DNA of 64,000 nucleotides. Origin: Dicyema japonicum (Eukaryota; Animalia; Dicyemida). This document shows positions 63,401 through 64,000 of the stretch, piece by piece. The notes below the pieces were generated by a model that did not search any database, was not told the DNA's origin, and saw only the letters and a list, made by a program, of their open reading frames with translations. Numbering within the stretch: the stretch's first letter is position 1; each line of letters opens with the position of its first letter. A program made the translations under genes and the position numbers. The stretch is from positions 65,583 to 129,582 of the forward strand of contig RDEW01000036.1 in assembly GCA_011109175.1 (NCBI GenBank). Direction: 5' to 3'.

Positions 63401-64000
63401 AAGTAAAGTCGCCGTGATAATACATAAAGCCTAAAGGATAGTCTTCTTGATAATGACGTAATTTTAACATCTCCGATATGAAAGATTTGTAAGGGTGGAA
63501 GAATCAGCAAATTGAAGAAAATTGTGAACAAGTATAAGTAACCTACCCCCAGCCGTGCTAAAGGGAGATCTGAACAGACAGCAGATTAACTACTGAACTG
63601 TGTAGTCTTGGATGTAGGTTTCGTTTCCTTGATGAGATCAATGTCCACATACTGATTTTATATGAAGTTGATTAGTCAATTGTTGTTCAACTGGAGTATC
63701 CTTAACTGCTGAATTAACTTGAGTCCAGGCTTAAGTTTAAAGCATCAAACTCTTATTAAAGTAATTTGGGAACTGTAACTTGAGTCTCTTGACCACATGA
63801 AAGCCATGTTTTTTATTTTTAACTAATATAATGCCGATTTAAATTATCAATTTATTAACTAACAGAAAATAAACAGGAATTAAAAAATTAAGATGTTAGT
63901 TTTTCAGACTCGTTGTTGGAGGAGAGAATATTATGGAAATGACCCCATTAGCGAGGAGATAACCGTAATAACTCTAGCTCCAATAAAAGTAAAACGTTTC

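Overview
Eukaryotic nuclear DNA: AT-rich, standard genetic code, no prokaryotic operons and no CRISPR arrays. About 11 recognisable host genes sit in compact islands: a TBC1D8/9-like RabGAP, a CCDC33-like C2 protein, a USP deubiquitinase, adrenodoxin reductase, a UBE2D-like E2, a TIGAR-like phosphatase, an annexin, a thioredoxin-fold protein, DPY30, a SET/NAP chaperone and a type I PIP5K. All are split by ultra-short spliceosomal introns (about 21-33 nt), several apparently at positions shared with vertebrate orthologues. This suggests a highly reduced animal-like lineage such as a dicyemid mesozoan (inference only). Roughly half the window is decayed transposons: CRE-like, R4/Dong-like, RTE and Ingi/Jockey-like LINEs, pogo/Tigger, Tc1, hAT and an rve integrase. 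Best leads: (1) an Ingi-like LINE whose 5' end has an HDV-ribozyme-type double-pseudoknot pairing pattern followed by a degenerate 2A (StopGo) motif, as in trypanosomatid L1Tc; (2) three GC-AG micro-introns sharing the donor AAG/GCAT; (3) a non-autonomous RTE derivative present twice with the same deletion junction. Several conserved genes carry one-base homopolymer lesions, most likely assembly errors. All calls come from manual reading and recalled family motifs. No searches were run, and element boundaries are approximate unless stated as exact.
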